In this document: piece after piece, positions 1 through 12,922 of the stretch
Numbering within the stretch: the first letter of the stretch is position 1
How the letters are laid out: every line of letters begins with the position of its first letter
Source: Lytechinus pictus
Taxonomy: Eukaryota
Length of the DNA: 64,000 bases
Direction: 5' to 3'
NCBI RefSeq assembly: GCF_037042905.1
Contig: NC_087250.1
Span: 13,642,001 to 13,706,000 of the forward strand
The notes under the pieces: model-generated
What the model saw: only the letters and a program-made list of their open reading frames with translations
Told to the model about the DNA's origin: nothing
Database searches by the model: none
Position numbers and translations under genes: made by a program

Positions 1-59
1 TCATCCCAGTCGGACCCTCCATCTACTATCCCTTGGTCAGAGTTTGGTAGGGACGGGGC

Positions 60-240
60 TGACCACCGGGCTACCTCCAGGTATGTCTCTTTTATCATGT
101 CGCCCGGTATGATTGGGGTTTTTTCTTTTCCTCCCTCGTAAAATGTGATGCGACAGCAAATCTTCCCATCCTGATCTTCTTCATAGGATGTTCGAGCATC
201 ATCGGATTTCGCACGGAGAGGACATTAATTAAGTAAAGGA
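60..240. repeat. Direct repeat copy of 1314-1490
   Basis: gaccaccgggc...gagaggacatt...aagtaaagga aligns between the two loci with scattered substitutions. Confidence 0.9.
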
Positions 241-551
241 TCCACCAATTAATTCCTCAAAAATCATTAGCTGCCTTGCTAGTGTGATCAATTTTTTTTT
301 CTTAAAGTTCAAAAGTTATTGAAATCATAAATATGAATATATTGTGTTTGATGTCAACAAACAACGTTCAAAGAATTAAATCATAATCACATCTTTAATG
401 TACCATAAAGATTGCAGCTCCAAGGTATATTATGAGAAGTTGTGAGTCAGTTGAGATTACAGTCACATTATTCAATATACTTCTTGTTTACCTTTATAAT
501 GACAAGTCACTGCGGGTTGTGTGTAGTTAACGAACACCTTTTTTTATTCGT

Positions 552-735
552 TAGATGTCTCCTGCAACACTAAACATCCATTCCGCAGTGACACTTGATG
601 GTGGGCAAGCTACTGACACTAAGATGGGGAAGGTTTGTTGTGACTGCTCCAATACTCCAAAACATTGCTGTTGAGTTTTGCAACTGGCTGCTGGAGATAG
701 ACTTCCAATTCGTGGGAAATTGACTTTTTAATGTC
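552..735 (-). mobile_element. hAT transposase C-terminal dimerisation-domain remnant
   Basis: ELEVYLQQP...VLEYWS, then after a frameshift CPPSSVTAEWMFSVAGDI (canonical P.SS..SER.FS.AG). Confidence 0.8.
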
Positions 736-1009
736 ACTTTGAGCAGGGGTCTCATCTTCATTATCAGATGTAGTTGGAGATGATTCAATCATGGCAGCTT
801 CCATTGCTGACACGAAGCTTGGACGATGTGAGTGTTGTGAAGGCAACTGGGTTGCTTGTTCGGGTGTATCTGTATCGGAAAGTTTGACGGCATCGTCAAC
901 ATTCTTCTCATTGTCAGAGAGTCCAACAACTGATGTTGAGATGTTTTATCCATTGCAACTGAACACTTAAAGTAGTTGTCCACGCTTCTACGTGTAGCTG
1001 ACTTGGGTA

Positions 1010-1235
1010 TGCAGTTCATGCATGGATGATGTTTTAATTGAAATTGCCACACTTTATCCATGCTACTCTGATTAATGAGGGCAAGGCCAGTGGTGTCTGT
1101 CTGGTTCCACATGGCATCTAACACAGCCTGGATAAGTCTACGGGTTTCCTTCACACCCATTGTTGGATGTCTACAATATTTTGCCAGTTCTGCTGTTGTG
1201 ATGCTCCCAGTGACTTGGGCATCTGTAGGTATTGA
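1010..1235 (-). mobile_element. Fragment of a DUF6729-type, transposase-associated ORF
   Basis: ITTAELAKYCRHPTMGVKETRRLIQAVLDAMWNQTDTTGLALINQSSMDKVWQFQLKHHPC resembles, from memory, the multicopy 'KHCRRRTRG.EET..LI...W..Q.KH..CI' family. Confidence 0.5.
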
Positions 1236-1916
1236 TAATAATAATAAGTTATTTAAGTAATTGGGTGTCAGAAGATGCTCAGCAACAGTTCCTTTGAATA
1301 TATGTATACATACTGACCACCGGGCTTCCTCCAGGTATGTCTCTTTTATCATGTCGCCCGGTGTGATTGGGGTTTTTTCTTTTCCTCCCTCGTACAAAGT
1401 GATGAGACCGCAAATCTTCCCGTCCTGATCTTCTTCATAGGATGTTCTGACATCATCGGATTTCACACGGAGAGGACATTAAGTAAAGGAAGTATGCATA
1501 CGGTATACGTACTGCAATGGCTCTCCTTTGCAAAAAAAGGCCTCTCGATTTCTCCTCACAAACTCCGCCATTTGATGTACCTGGTCTTCTATGAGGTTAC
1601 CATGTCTATTTTCTTGATTCTTCTGAAAGAAAAGTGTCAATTTGTCTTTACATTTTCCCTTTTCCCAATGAAAGTGATTTTCTCCATAAACAAAATATCA
1701 ATGTAATTAAAGTCATACTAAAAGTATAGTTATGCATCACCCACAGGAATTCCTAGCTACATCCTGGTGGGGCCTGGTGCCCTCCTGCTTGCTGCTCTGT
1801 TCGCAGACAATTAAAGGGGCATCTGCACAATCAGTATTGCAGTAAACTTTCAGTTTTGGTAGTTCATGGTGTCCTCTTGGCATTGTCCATCCAGTATGTC
1901 TTGAAGTAAGGTTTTA

Positions 1917-2315
1917 CAGACATGCCAACCATTCCTCTTTTTTTGCTGTGAATACACCAATACTTTTTTGTATGATTTGTTATCTTTTTTTTTAAATTTC
2001 CGATCATGGAGTTTGTACACAGCGCGTATAACTAGCGCCGGTCCGACAGTCCCAGTCCGGTAAAAATCACTGTCGGGCTAGTAACTTATTGCATAAAAAG
2101 AACAAGTAAATTCTTGCCTACGAGCACATGTTTAAAAGGGTGAATTATCAAGTTTTCAAGTAGTCATTTCACATGTTTTTTCACCGATCTCACTACAACA
2201 GGCTAGCAATTGTTACATTGAGACAAATTTCTAAAAAAATACTCTCTTTTTTGGTCAAAAAATACTTTTTCATCCTTCTAAGAATACTTTTTTTTATAGA
2301 AAGTTGGCAAGTCTG
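1917..2315. mobile_element. Non-autonomous hAT-like element with 6-bp TSD
   Basis: TIRs CAGACATGCCAAC / GTTGGCAAGTCTG, TSD GTTTTA on both sides. Confidence 0.75.
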
Positions 2316-2652
2316 GTTTTAGTCATTTTTCTTTTGGTAGCAAGTTACGCATACCTGCATGACATGCTCCTGCATGACATGCTCCTTGCGTGCTGCTTCT
2401 CTGCAAAGCTGACATTGGCGCTTGATCTTGGACCGACCCTTTTTTAATGAATGAGAGAGCAATCTCCATTTAAATATACTGGGATGCAGCCAAGAATATC
2501 ACTACATCAATACTTCAGAAAGCTTTGAAAAGTTGATGCCCGATATTATCCAACTGCACATCATCAAGCCAGGCAAATTCCGGAAACTGCAGGTGCCTAC
2601 TGGTGCTAGTGTTGTCTTTATCCAGTAATAACGTTAAAAACTGATGTACCAG

Positions 2653-2766
2653 CAGTGGTGGACCGTGACCCGGAGGAGACAATTGATTGGAGGGGCACTG
2701 TATTGTTTGTGAACAATGCTGTGCCCCTCCAATGCTTTGTCTTCTCCGGTCACGGCCCAGCCACTG
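2653..2766. mobile_element. Fold-back hAT-type MITE (whole-length hairpin)
   Basis: CAGTGG...CCACTG, arms complementary over ~55 nt, 8-bp TSD TGTACCAG/TATACCAG. Confidence 0.85.
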
Positions 2767-3461
2767 TATACCAGCATCGTGTGTGTATTCCAGATTCCTC
2801 TGCAAGTTTGGCTGCTTCAGTCAGACTTTCTCACCAGGCGTCCCTTTCTTGACCTAGCGGTTATGTTTACTCGAAGGCACCAAAGAACTCTGAAATACCA
2901 AAAAGAAATTGAGCGGGGGCAACGGTTGAGTCTCTGCAATCAGTTCTTCCAGTTGCCTGTCAAGATATTCTGCATCTGATATGGACAAGGCCAAGACAAT
3001 CAAATGTTTCACATAAATCTTTTTTCTTTTCTTTCCTCTCTATAAGCACAATCCCAATCTTGTAGAAAACAATGTATTTGCTATTAATAAATTCATATAA
3101 ATATAATTATATATCCTGTATAAAGTATGCATTTAACTATGATGACCAAATCATTTCAGCTTTTGGTTGTCATTTTGTGCGAATTCGGTGCTAGGGGTTC
3201 TATTTGTCACTTCTCCAGCCGAATCATGTGCAATAACTTCCACTACAACCAATTGAAAGTGTAGGTATGGCAGTTACCAACCCACAGTCCATTTTGGGAC
3301 CAGTAAAGACTCTGCAACATCTGTCCCAGTCGGTGATTTCCTATCTTTCTGGATCTTCTGTTATTGTTATTGATCTGTGCAATGTTTAGTGTATCCAGTA
3401 AAAAAAGTGATATGTTTAAAGTAGCATACTAGTAAACAATGTAACACTGAAATGTAACATA

Positions 3462-3672
3462 CCGTGAAAATCCTACTGTCGTGCGTGCTTCCAGGCCACC
3501 TGGCAACAACATTTGTAATCTTGTACTTGTAATCACAGATCAGTTGGACATTGAAGGACTGTCTCCCTTTCCTGTTTATATACACGTATTCATCTTCTCC
3601 TAGTGGGGATCCAAGTAAGTTTACATGTGTGCCATCAACCGCTCCAACGATGTTTGGAAATCTCGCTATCTC
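3462..3672 (-). mobile_element. PIF/Harbinger (HARBI1-like, DDE_Tnp_4) transposase fragment
   Basis: [13 protein letters not shown]...[17 protein letters not shown]...[15 protein letters not shown]. Confidence 0.92.
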
Positions 3673-3765
3673 AGTGGCTCAATCTAATATGGCTGAACAT
3701 TACTGTGGTCTATGTTCTTGTCTAGCAAGTATGGGGTATGTTTCAGGGTGTATCATTGAGGCTTA

Positions 3766-3933
3766 TACCTTGGTCACATTTGTTCTACGGCGGCCGTACG
3801 GCAAGTCGAAAATGGCCGTTTTAACATTGTTTGTACCAGCTACATGTATATATAGGTGGTGTTAGTAAAAATGAATAAAACGGTTGTTTTCGACTCGCCG
3901 TACGTCCGCCATAGAGCAAATGTGACCGTGGTA
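3766..3933. mobile_element. Fold-back Harbinger-type MITE
   Basis: ~58-bp inverted arms TACCTTGGTCACATTTG... / ...CAAATGTGACCGTGGTA, TTA TSD. Confidence 0.8.
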
Positions 3934-4324
3934 TTAGTATCCCCTTAAATTCTTCAATTATCTTTTCGTTGCCATGATGATGAGCCTGATGATGTTCATC
4001 TCTTCTGTACTGTACAGAAAGTCATCACAGTTTGTTCTGGATGAGAGTTTGCGAGTTGTCTTGAAAAGTGTATGTTTTCTGCGACTTTGCATGATGGCAT
4101 GGTGATGTTTTTCTTCCACGAATGCTGTGTCTAATCTCTGTTCTGTCTTAGCGATATACCTATGAAATAAAGCACTGTAATCTTTACCGTAGTCTATTTT
4201 CTTGTTTATAGCGAGTCTCGGGAAGTTTATTTCCTCCAAATTTTCCTACGGATACTCCGAGTTTGAGGCATTTGCCACAACTTGTGCGCTACATGTATGT
4301 CAATACAAAGGTATTGTTGGCTCT

Positions 4325-5270
4325 TTCCACTACAAGCGAATGCCTCGGAACATCAAGTTCAGCTCGAGCTCTGGCAAGCTCCCGTCGTTTGTTCCAGCTG
4401 TGGGATAAACCCACAACAATGTTCTTGCCCATCCCAGTTGCGTGACTTGTTTAGTTGTTGTTATGTTACAAACAATTGTGATTTGCTAGGTTGAGATTGT
4501 GCCCAAAGCAAATTAACCATGGCAACTCCAACCCTCCCATGAGACATGATCTTTGCACCATTGTCACTTGTCATGCACGCTAGTTTGAACTCGTCCAAGT
4601 TCCATTCGGCAAAAGCCTCCTTCAGTGCATCTCTGATATTGTCCACGGTGTGGTTTTCTGGAAAAAATGATGTTGCCAAACATCGGGAGATCAATTTCCA
4701 CTCCTTGGAGATGAAGTGGAAACTCATGTAAGGAGCCATGGTTGTATTCGACCACAGGTCCGTTGTTGCAGACAATTATTCTGCTTCCTCGACCTCTTCC
4801 TGAATTTTTGTGCGAACAGAGTTACAAAGAGACGAGAGAGCAGACTCCGTAAAATACTTTTTCCCTGGAAGTGTGTATCGGGAGTCAAATGCTTGTAGCA
4901 TTTCTCTAAATGCTGGCTTGTCCACCGTGTACATGGGGAGCATCCCTTTTGCTAGATACTTTTCCACACAGTCTGTCAAATTTTTCCACCTCCGATCATC
5001 ATGACTATATTTTGCTGCCCTAGCTTGAACATCAGTTAGCATCGGTTGTTGCGGCATTGAGGCGGATGATGATGTCCGTTTAGGTTGCCGTAATTCACTT
5101 GCTTGCTTTGGGTGTTTGCTTTTAAGATGAGACATGAAGTTCGATGTATTCCCTCCTATTGCATCACAACCACGTCCACAAAGTCTATAAATGGCCTTGT
5201 CTGGGTTAATGACTTTCCAATCTTCTCCACACTTGAACCCAAAATGTACACGAACGGGAGATGTTGCACC
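4325..5270 (-). mobile_element. hAT (ZBED1/Ac-like) transposase pseudogene fragment
   Basis: Degenerate BED finger (SPVRVHFG...GGNTSNFMSHLKSKHP), DKPAFREML...RYTLP, SATTDLWS, FPENHT..NI, TSDNGA, SHSWNKRREL; stops and frameshifts. Confidence 0.92.
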
Positions 5271-5274
5271 CTTT

Positions 5275-5860
5275 TTCTTTATGATGGAAATAGGCACATG
5301 CGATTTGTGTCCGTCGTATATCAATGTGTCCTTTCCCCTTCCTCCTCGCATCTACGAATGGAGTAAAGTGGCTTTTGACAACGTCTTCAAAGATGGTTGC
5401 GTTGCTCCACCCACTATCGCTTTATTTGCACCCTCGTCTTGGGAAGTGCACCTTCTCGGAACTTATCCGTTTTCTTCATTTTGCCGCAAGCTATCAGGGT
5501 TGTCAATGCAGATCATGGTGTCACTATGAACTGCGGCCTAGTGAGGGTCACCCTAGCCACAATCTTGACTGGCTTGTGCTCACATTTAAAGCCGACTTGC
5601 CTGCATTGAAGATTCTATCACTTTTAACCTCAAAGCCATACTTCTTGAGTATGGCACTGAGTTCATTGAAGTAACTTGTTATAAGATGCAGCTTTGATGC
5701 TCTTGCACGTGCCATGCTAAGTGAATGTGGCTTTACCAAGCGAAGAGAAGGCCATCTCTTCATGAATGACTGCAGTCGATTGAATGTCAGCCAACACTTG
5801 TCGGGGGGTCTATGCAGTAGTCGGCCAAGCTGATTTGCGAGGTCACTTCCAAGGCAGATA
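5275..5860 (-). mobile_element. pogo/Tigger-like (CENP-B HTH + DDE_1) transposase fragment
   Basis: FMKRWPSLRLVKPHSLSMARA...YFNELSAILKKY...RIFN, GWSNATIF, LIYDGHKSH. Confidence 0.85.
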
Positions 5861-6362
5861 ACCTGCAGGTTCATTAGGGAAATATTAAAAGTGAAAGTAT
5901 AAGAGATTGATAACAATATGCTCTCCATTTTATATTTGTCTAGTTTCCTTCTTTCTTTTCGCTCTTCTACCACTACATTCTTTTTCTCTACTGACACTAT
6001 TTTTGTTTTCTAAGATCATATAGTCATCTATAATCTTTGTTACATTTTTCTGTCGCATATCACAAACGGTTCATTGTATTGCGTCAGGATGCGTGGTTTT
6101 TATATTCATAAGTATTCAAATGCTTTATGGTGATATTGTTTTTATTGCATATGGATAGATCTAGTAAACATAGCTAGTAAAATATAGTTGCCGTTTACTG
6201 CATCCCAGAGGCTCTTCTTTTTCGCTTCCGAATTCAAAAAGCCAGGGCATTGCCTTTTTGCTTGCGCTGTGATGGCCATGAACACGTAATCAGTTTTTAA
6301 TGGCTTCTTAACCCGGTCTCCATTGAAGCTGTGCAGAACCTGTAATAGGGGCACTAGGGCTA

Positions 6363-6537
6363 CAGAGCTGCCAAGTAGTACGGACTTTTTATATTTAGTA
6401 CTGAAAAATGAGGAAAAATACTGATGGTTTCATGCAAAATACTGATTTCTAAAGTTCCAGTTTTATGTGTTGTCCTATGGAATTTCTTTGAAAATACTGA
6501 TTTCCACACCAAAATACTGTTCAGGTTAGCAGCTCTG
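6363..6537. mobile_element. Short hAT-like MITE with 6-bp TSD
   Basis: TIRs CAGAGCTGCCAA / TTAGCAGCTCTG, TSD GGGCTA on both sides. Confidence 0.85.
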
Positions 6538-6544
6538 GGGCTAG

Positions 6545-8660
6545 GCACCTCGACCCTCATTGGCTTCTTGGCCTGTTGGGCAGAATCCGAGGAGTCGGGC
6601 TGATCCGCAGAGGGTTGCGACTCAGCCCTTTACTTGAGAGTTTAGCCAGAGCCCAAACGAGTAGTCTCTTGTATAACAATACGTTGGACTGCCGGTGGGT
6701 TGGTTACCATCTCCGCCCATGAGACCCTCGCCAAGGGGCTCTCGTGCGGTGCAGTGCTCGCGCCTCCACTTTTCGACTGGCCTGGCTCTTTCGAGATTCA
6801 CGACCACCTGTCCCGGTACCGGGATTAGAGCTGCCATCCCGAAATTGGCGATATTCCAAGATGGAATTAATCATTCCCTTAGCTATCACCAAGTCCCTAT
6901 TGCAGGTGTAACGCAAGACCCCCTCAAATAATAGTATGCTGCCACCACAATAGTTTGAGCTCTCGATCAAGCATTATTTAACACTTGACCGTAATGAAGG
7001 ACTTTTCCTCGATGAGAACTTTAATTAAATGCCTAGTAAACCTCCAATCAGAATAGCCGTCTCATGATCCATAATATCGTAAAATACATAAAGATAAAAA
7101 AAAATTATTTAACAACAGATCAAATTATGTGGACTTCTTGGTGGGTCGTTCTTCTGGATAATGAGAGTCTGTTAATCTTCGTTTCAGTGAGTAGCCGTCT
7201 TTCGTTTTAACATAATATGATGTATCGATGGTGACCTTTGTCACAACTTGGATCTGTTCATCTGGACATGCTGGTAAATTAAGAGTTAAACATTTATTTC
7301 TATTGACAATTTTGAAATTTCTTATCTCTTTCTGTCTCTCTGATTTTCTGCCTCCAGTTTCCTCCTCTCCTCCAACTTCTTCCTCTCCTCTAATTGTCTC
7401 TCTTCTATCTTCTCTTTTAACAGCTTCTTTCCCTCTTCATCTAAGCGTTTCTCCTCTTCTCTATTCCTACTCTCCTCCAGTTTTTTTGCTCCTGGATCTC
7501 CTCATCTAGCTCTGTCTCCATCCTGTCTCTCCTATCCCTCTTCCATACTCTGTCGTCCTGGCTGTCCTACCTCTTTCTCCTTTCTTCTTCCACCGCTTTC
7601 AACCGCTTCCGTTCCTCTTCTATCTTTTCTTCCTGTGAACCAGAGGCCCTCCCTCCAGGAACTTAAAGTTCTGTGCCAGAATTCCCAGACCGCCCCATAT
7701 ATCTTCCAACATTTTGAGGAAAAGCTTCCCCAAGTAAAATTGTAGTAGTGCCATTCCTACTCCCAACGACACACAGCAGCGCCATGAGCCATTCTCCCGG
7801 TTCTGCATTGAAATGTTTACACATAAATTCATCTTCCTCTTATCTTTTGATATCCCATCCACCACCCGCAAACCCCTTCCATCATGTTAATTATCCCCCC
7901 TTTTTTTCTTTTCCACTGGCCTTATCATACCAGTTGATTATCCTGCCTAGAATTAAGAGAAGTCGTGGAGCTCGGGAATGTTTTTCCCATATTCTTAGGC
8001 CCATTCTTAGAAGCTGGAATTACGGCAGGGGTCGCTAATATGTCCCTTGTTAGTAACATAATTTCCCTCGCCTGAAATCTTATTCTGCTTTCCTTTTCAT
8101 TTTTCTTCCTTTCCCCATTTTTTTTGCCAAAAGATACCATCGGTCCAATATTCCTATTCATGTTATGGCCAGTTTTATCGTTGGTATTTTATTAATCGAT
8201 CTCTTAACCCAGGGTTCCTTTATGGACGAGTTTGCCCCAAGAACTGTAGTCACACAAGACCGCACTATATCCCCGCCAACGGGGTCATACTCTCAAATGC
8301 ACTAGTCTTGACACGTGATCACAGCCAGAGGGAGAACTCGAAGCCAATTTTCCGTCCTTATCTCTCCTTCGGTCGGGTGTTAGGCATAGAATGAGTAATT
8401 TGGTTGCCTAACATCCCTCCTAAGCTCATATTTTGATTGAGCTCCACTACACTGTGGCAGTGGTTTCAGTCCTGTGCCCTCAGGTCGAGCTGCTGTGTCC
8501 AGCTCGCCATCATTCTTAGTTCCTTTAGACAATTCTGCAGCATCAGTCCTCCATTCGCGGACTGCCTCTTCTAGAGCGTCCTGTATCATGTCCTCTCACC
8601 CGGAGCGGGTTCGTTCGGGCCGAGGCCTCTTAGGGAAAGTTATATACTGTTATGGGTCAA
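6545..8660 (-). mobile_element. Degenerate retroelement-like remnant (possibly LTR/Gypsy gag and pol-end pieces)
   Basis: Broken minus-strand frames with an E/R/K-rich coiled-coil stretch (7330-7640) and an ORF ending YELRRDVRQPNY (8380-8589), reminiscent of Gypsy pol termini; no RT/IN motif seen. Confidence 0.35.
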
Positions 8661-9539
8661 GGGTCTTATAGTCCAAAATATTCATGCCATCTTTTTGTTC
8701 AGTTCATTTATTTATTTATTCATTTCTAAAAAAAGAATGTGTGCAGATATACATCGAATGTACATGTATACATCAATAATTGAAAATTAAAACATGCAAA
8801 AAACAACTTGAAAATTAATGCAAATGATATTATATGTGTATGAAAAGGCCTGTGTAATAGATATGAAAAATGAAATTGGAGGACTTAAATAAAGCCAATA
8901 GTGGCCTTGTGGGGTAAAGCCTCCTAAAATAATAAATGATAATTAGGAAGCTAGTACATATAATTGATCTCTGGCATCTCTCAACTACAAAGGGTGTTTT
9001 CAAGAATTTACTTCTCATAGGTCTGATCATTGGAGGTCGTGAGGTCAAATGTCACAGGGGTCTCTTTGACGACAATATATTTTTTTATTGGGTGCTCAAA
9101 ACTGATTCACAAGGTACAAAATACAGGTTTATACTAGTTAGATAAGTGAAGCAAACTTTTTAAAATGCTGTGTAATCTTATCATGTTTTGGAACAATAAG
9201 ATATTCAGATCTATACTTCATCTTAATGAAGGAAAGAATGGAATGAAAATTAGGCTTTTTATTTTTATGAAAATATCTTGTTCTCCCCAAAACAAAATAC
9301 TGTTTGACAGGGTGGATTCAGGATTTTCCAAGGGGGGGATTTGACAACCTCCCGCCCCCCTCCCCCCCCCCCCATAAAAAAGCAGTAATTGGAGGGTCAT
9401 TTTCTTCCAGGTGAAATTTGACCAGCCAAAAAAAAGGGATTGGGGTCCTGACTCATGTATGCATATGGAAGTGATAATTGGGGTCATGTATTAAGTTTAA
9501 AGGTCACAGATGTCAGTATTTCTAGAAGTTTGGTGTTAA

Positions 9540-10111
9540 AGGAGAATGAAACCCTTGAAACCAGCTGAATCCATATCAAAGAAACATATTGTTGAAAGTT
9601 TGAGGAAGATTGAATGAATAATAAGAAAGTTATGAGCATTTGAATATTGAGATCACTAATGCCATGTAGATCCTCCCATTGGCAATGCGACCAAGATCTG
9701 TGATGTCACACACGTACAACTCCCTCATTACTTTAGTACTTATTTCACTTATATTCTCACTTTTCTAGAGTTCTATCACAAGGTGAGGTGTTCTCTTTAT
9801 GAGAAGACAAGTACAGAGGTTTCACAACATTATATCATTGATGAATGGTTTGTCATATGATTAGAATGAGCAAAAAGAGATGTTTTGGGGTATATTTTCA
9901 GTGTCCAAAAGGGGAGAGTTGTTCATCTGTGACATCATAGATCTTGGTCGCATTGCCAATGGGAGGATCTCCATAGCATTAGTGATCTCGACATTCAAAT
10001 GCTCATAACTCTTCTATTGCTAGTCCTATTTTACTCAAACTTTTGTTGATCTTATTCTTTGATTTTTCTGCTTTCACAAAAGCTAACTTGCTCCAAGAGT
10101 TTCATTCTCCT
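9540..10111. mobile_element. TTAA-targeting fold-back MITE (Kolobok-like)
   Basis: TTAA|AGGAGAATGAA...TTCATTCTCCT|TTAA with long internal inverted repeats; near-identical inverted copy at 26735-27309. Confidence 0.88.
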
Positions 10112-10921
10112 TTAAATATATTTCTGATCTGGCAATGGTGGTCTATGTATAGTAGTTTAATACTGTATAATGTTATTGAATGTCACAGAGTGATGTCTAT
10201 TTGATGTACCATTTGTGCTTCCATGCTTTCAAAAAGCAAATTGTGTTCTTGGTTGAATACTTTACTTGTTTATGTTTTTGTTAATTAATATTATTTTATT
10301 ATTATCATTGAATTATCTTTCTAACACCATAGTCAGTACTCGGACAGTGCAATTAATGTCAAGCATAGAATGTAGATTGGACAATAAATAGATTGTATAA
10401 TTAAGCAATGTGAATATACATGTACCTTAATACAAAAATTGCTTCCATAACATTGCTGTATTTAGGGATCACAGTGACTGTCATCTCTTTATTGTTATGT
10501 CTTCACAGAAATGCAAACGAAATTTTGTGTCTTATTATAATACAGAATATTTGAATACATGTACAGGTAAAATAATTTCCATGTTTGGAGAAAGTTGTGT
10601 TTATGGAATTGTAATTTATGGGGAGGGGGGAGGGGGTTGCTTGCATAGAAAATGGTAAAATTTAAACTTTAAAATCAACAATCTCTGTATTACTGCTGGA
10701 GGGATTTTCACCAAACCTTAATTGATGTGTTTCTTTCACTTTCCTGTTTCTATAAAAATCGATCTGAATCAAGATTGGGTGAACCTCCCCTTTAAAGATA
10801 TCCACTTTTCCTGTCATTTTGACTTGTTTGAAATACACTGTATTTTTACCTAAACTTTTATACATTTATGCAACAAAATTGCATGATACTGTTTAAATTA
10901 AATATGTTTGGGTCTATCCTG

Positions 10922-11079
10922 GGCCCCCTAACACAAAGGTTAGCGATTAATCGCTAAATGAATTTTGGCCTATCAAGATCATTGTTGCATGTGCATGCTT
11001 GCTCAGTACTGACTCTGAACCAATCAGAATGATTCTTTCAAATGAGCGATTAATCGCTAACCTTTGTGATGCGGGGTCC
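10922..11079. mobile_element. Small palindromic MITE
   Basis: CACAAAGGTTAGCGATTAATCGCT ... AGCGATTAATCGCTAACCTTTGTG inverted arms. Confidence 0.7.
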
Positions 11080-11978
11080 TGGTTTTTTTTTTGGCAATTG
11101 TGAAAACCATGCAATATCTTCTATTCTTTGAAATTTTATGCGTTTTTGTTTGCTATTTTTGTCTTTTAAATATTTTTATATGGAAAAATAAATAATTATT
11201 GCATTGTAATAACAGTGTGGTCAGTCTCTTTATTTTATGTGAATCTGGCCTGTTTGCACAAAGAGCTGCAATCAAATGCAATTGAAAAAATCAGTTGCAA
11301 CTTGATTTTCAACCAATCAAGAAGCATGTTTTTTAAATTTGCATTTGATTTTGCAGAGTTGCGATAAAACACAACTGTTTGTGCAACAGGCCTCTCTAAC
11401 TTTACCTGTAGTGTCAAACTCAAATCCAAAACATCATTTGGAGGAGCTCTTGACGGTTTAAAAAAAAAGGAATGGGGGATACGGGAGAGGTGTATGATAG
11501 TGCAAGAAAGTGAATGAAAAGAACAGATTTAAGCAGAGAGAGAAAAGAAGAGATAATTCTTTCATATATAATGGGGGATACGGGAGAGGTGCATGATAGT
11601 GCCAGAAAGTGAATGGAAAGAATAGAAAACGGTTCTAAGCAGAGAGAGAGAAAAGTATGAGAATTCTTTCATATTCAGTTGGAGAGATTTCAGCTTGAAG
11701 CAACTGATACACAACAAATGAGAGAGAAAAATGGGACTGTTGCGAGACATTTGCAATCGATTGCAATTTTGCATCGATTCCCAATCTACTCCTTACAATG
11801 AGGAGTGTACACTAATTTTCCTACAGCTAAGATTCTTCCATCAAATGTAAAATTGCATTATAAATTTGCAATTAATTGCAAATATTTTCTTGCAACACAC
11901 CGCCAAGATTGAAATTGTAAGAAATAAAAGGAGAGAAAAGGGTAAGGATTGGGGTTATATTTTATATTGAAAATCTGT

Positions 11979-12288
11979 GGCCCGTATTCTGAAGTCAGGT
12001 TTAACTTGGACCATGGTCTAACTCTCTGCTAAAATTATGGGAAGCCAAGTGTCAAAATGTTTTATTACGTTGTATGTTTCTTATGTTTACTGTGCTCTTT
12101 CCTGATTCATCGATGGTGAAGACAATCATCTATTTATACTTCCTAGACAATTATGAATGATTTGAGAGTCAAATGAGCTGAAATATGATATCTCTTCTGG
12201 TAGTGATTTATGTAGCAATTGGCTTTCCATACTTAAACCACCACTTTAAACCTGAGTTTAAGATGAACCCTACTTCAGAATATGGGCC
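11979..12288. mobile_element. Harbinger-like MITE (GGCCCGTATTCTGAAG termini), copy 1
   Basis: TIR GGCCCGTATTCTGAAGT / ACTTCAGAATATGGGCC; three copies in the window. Confidence 0.8.
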
Positions 12289-12425
12289 TGAGAGTTCACA
12301 AGCTGAGATGGTTCTTGAACCAAAATGAGAGAGAGGGGGAGAGATATGGGATAGGAAATAATGTAGTGATGAGGGAGAATATAGGGGAGGATGTTGTCAA
12401 GTAGTGCATTGCCTCGTACTATTAA

Positions 12426-12922
12426 AGGGATGGTCCAGGCTGCAAGTATTTATATCTAAATAAATGGAGTAAAATTCACCCCAAAAAATGCTGAAAATTT
12501 GATCAAAATCGGATAACAAATAACGAAGTTATTGAATTTAAAAGATTTGCATTATTCCGGTGAAACAGTTCTCGGCATGTCGTCATGATTATTCATTAGG
12601 TTTGCTGATGATGTCATATCCCCACTTGTTCTTTTGTATTTTATTACATGAAATTAGGTTTATTCAAAAAATTTCTACCAAGAACTATAACAATTGGATT
12701 GACTTTATTGCCGCAACTTATTGTGGGGATGTGACGCCATCAGCCCACCTAATGAATATTCATGACGATATGCATATAACTGTTTTCACAAAATATTTAT
12801 AAAATTAAAAATTCAATAACTTTATTATTTGTTATCCGATTTTGATGAAATTTTCAGCATTTTGCTCTGTGAATTTTACTTGTTTTAATTAGTTATACAA
12901 ACTTCCAGCCCGGACCATCCCT
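12426..12922. mobile_element. TTAA fold-back MITE (AGGGATGGTCC termini)
   Basis: TTAA|AGGGATGGTCC...GGACCATCCCT|TTAA. Confidence 0.85.

Noticed and set aside
3958..4239. 93-aa minus-strand ORF, and a possible BEN-like piece at 6142-6354
   Set aside because: Probably more TE cargo in the mosaic, but no motif I can assign with confidence
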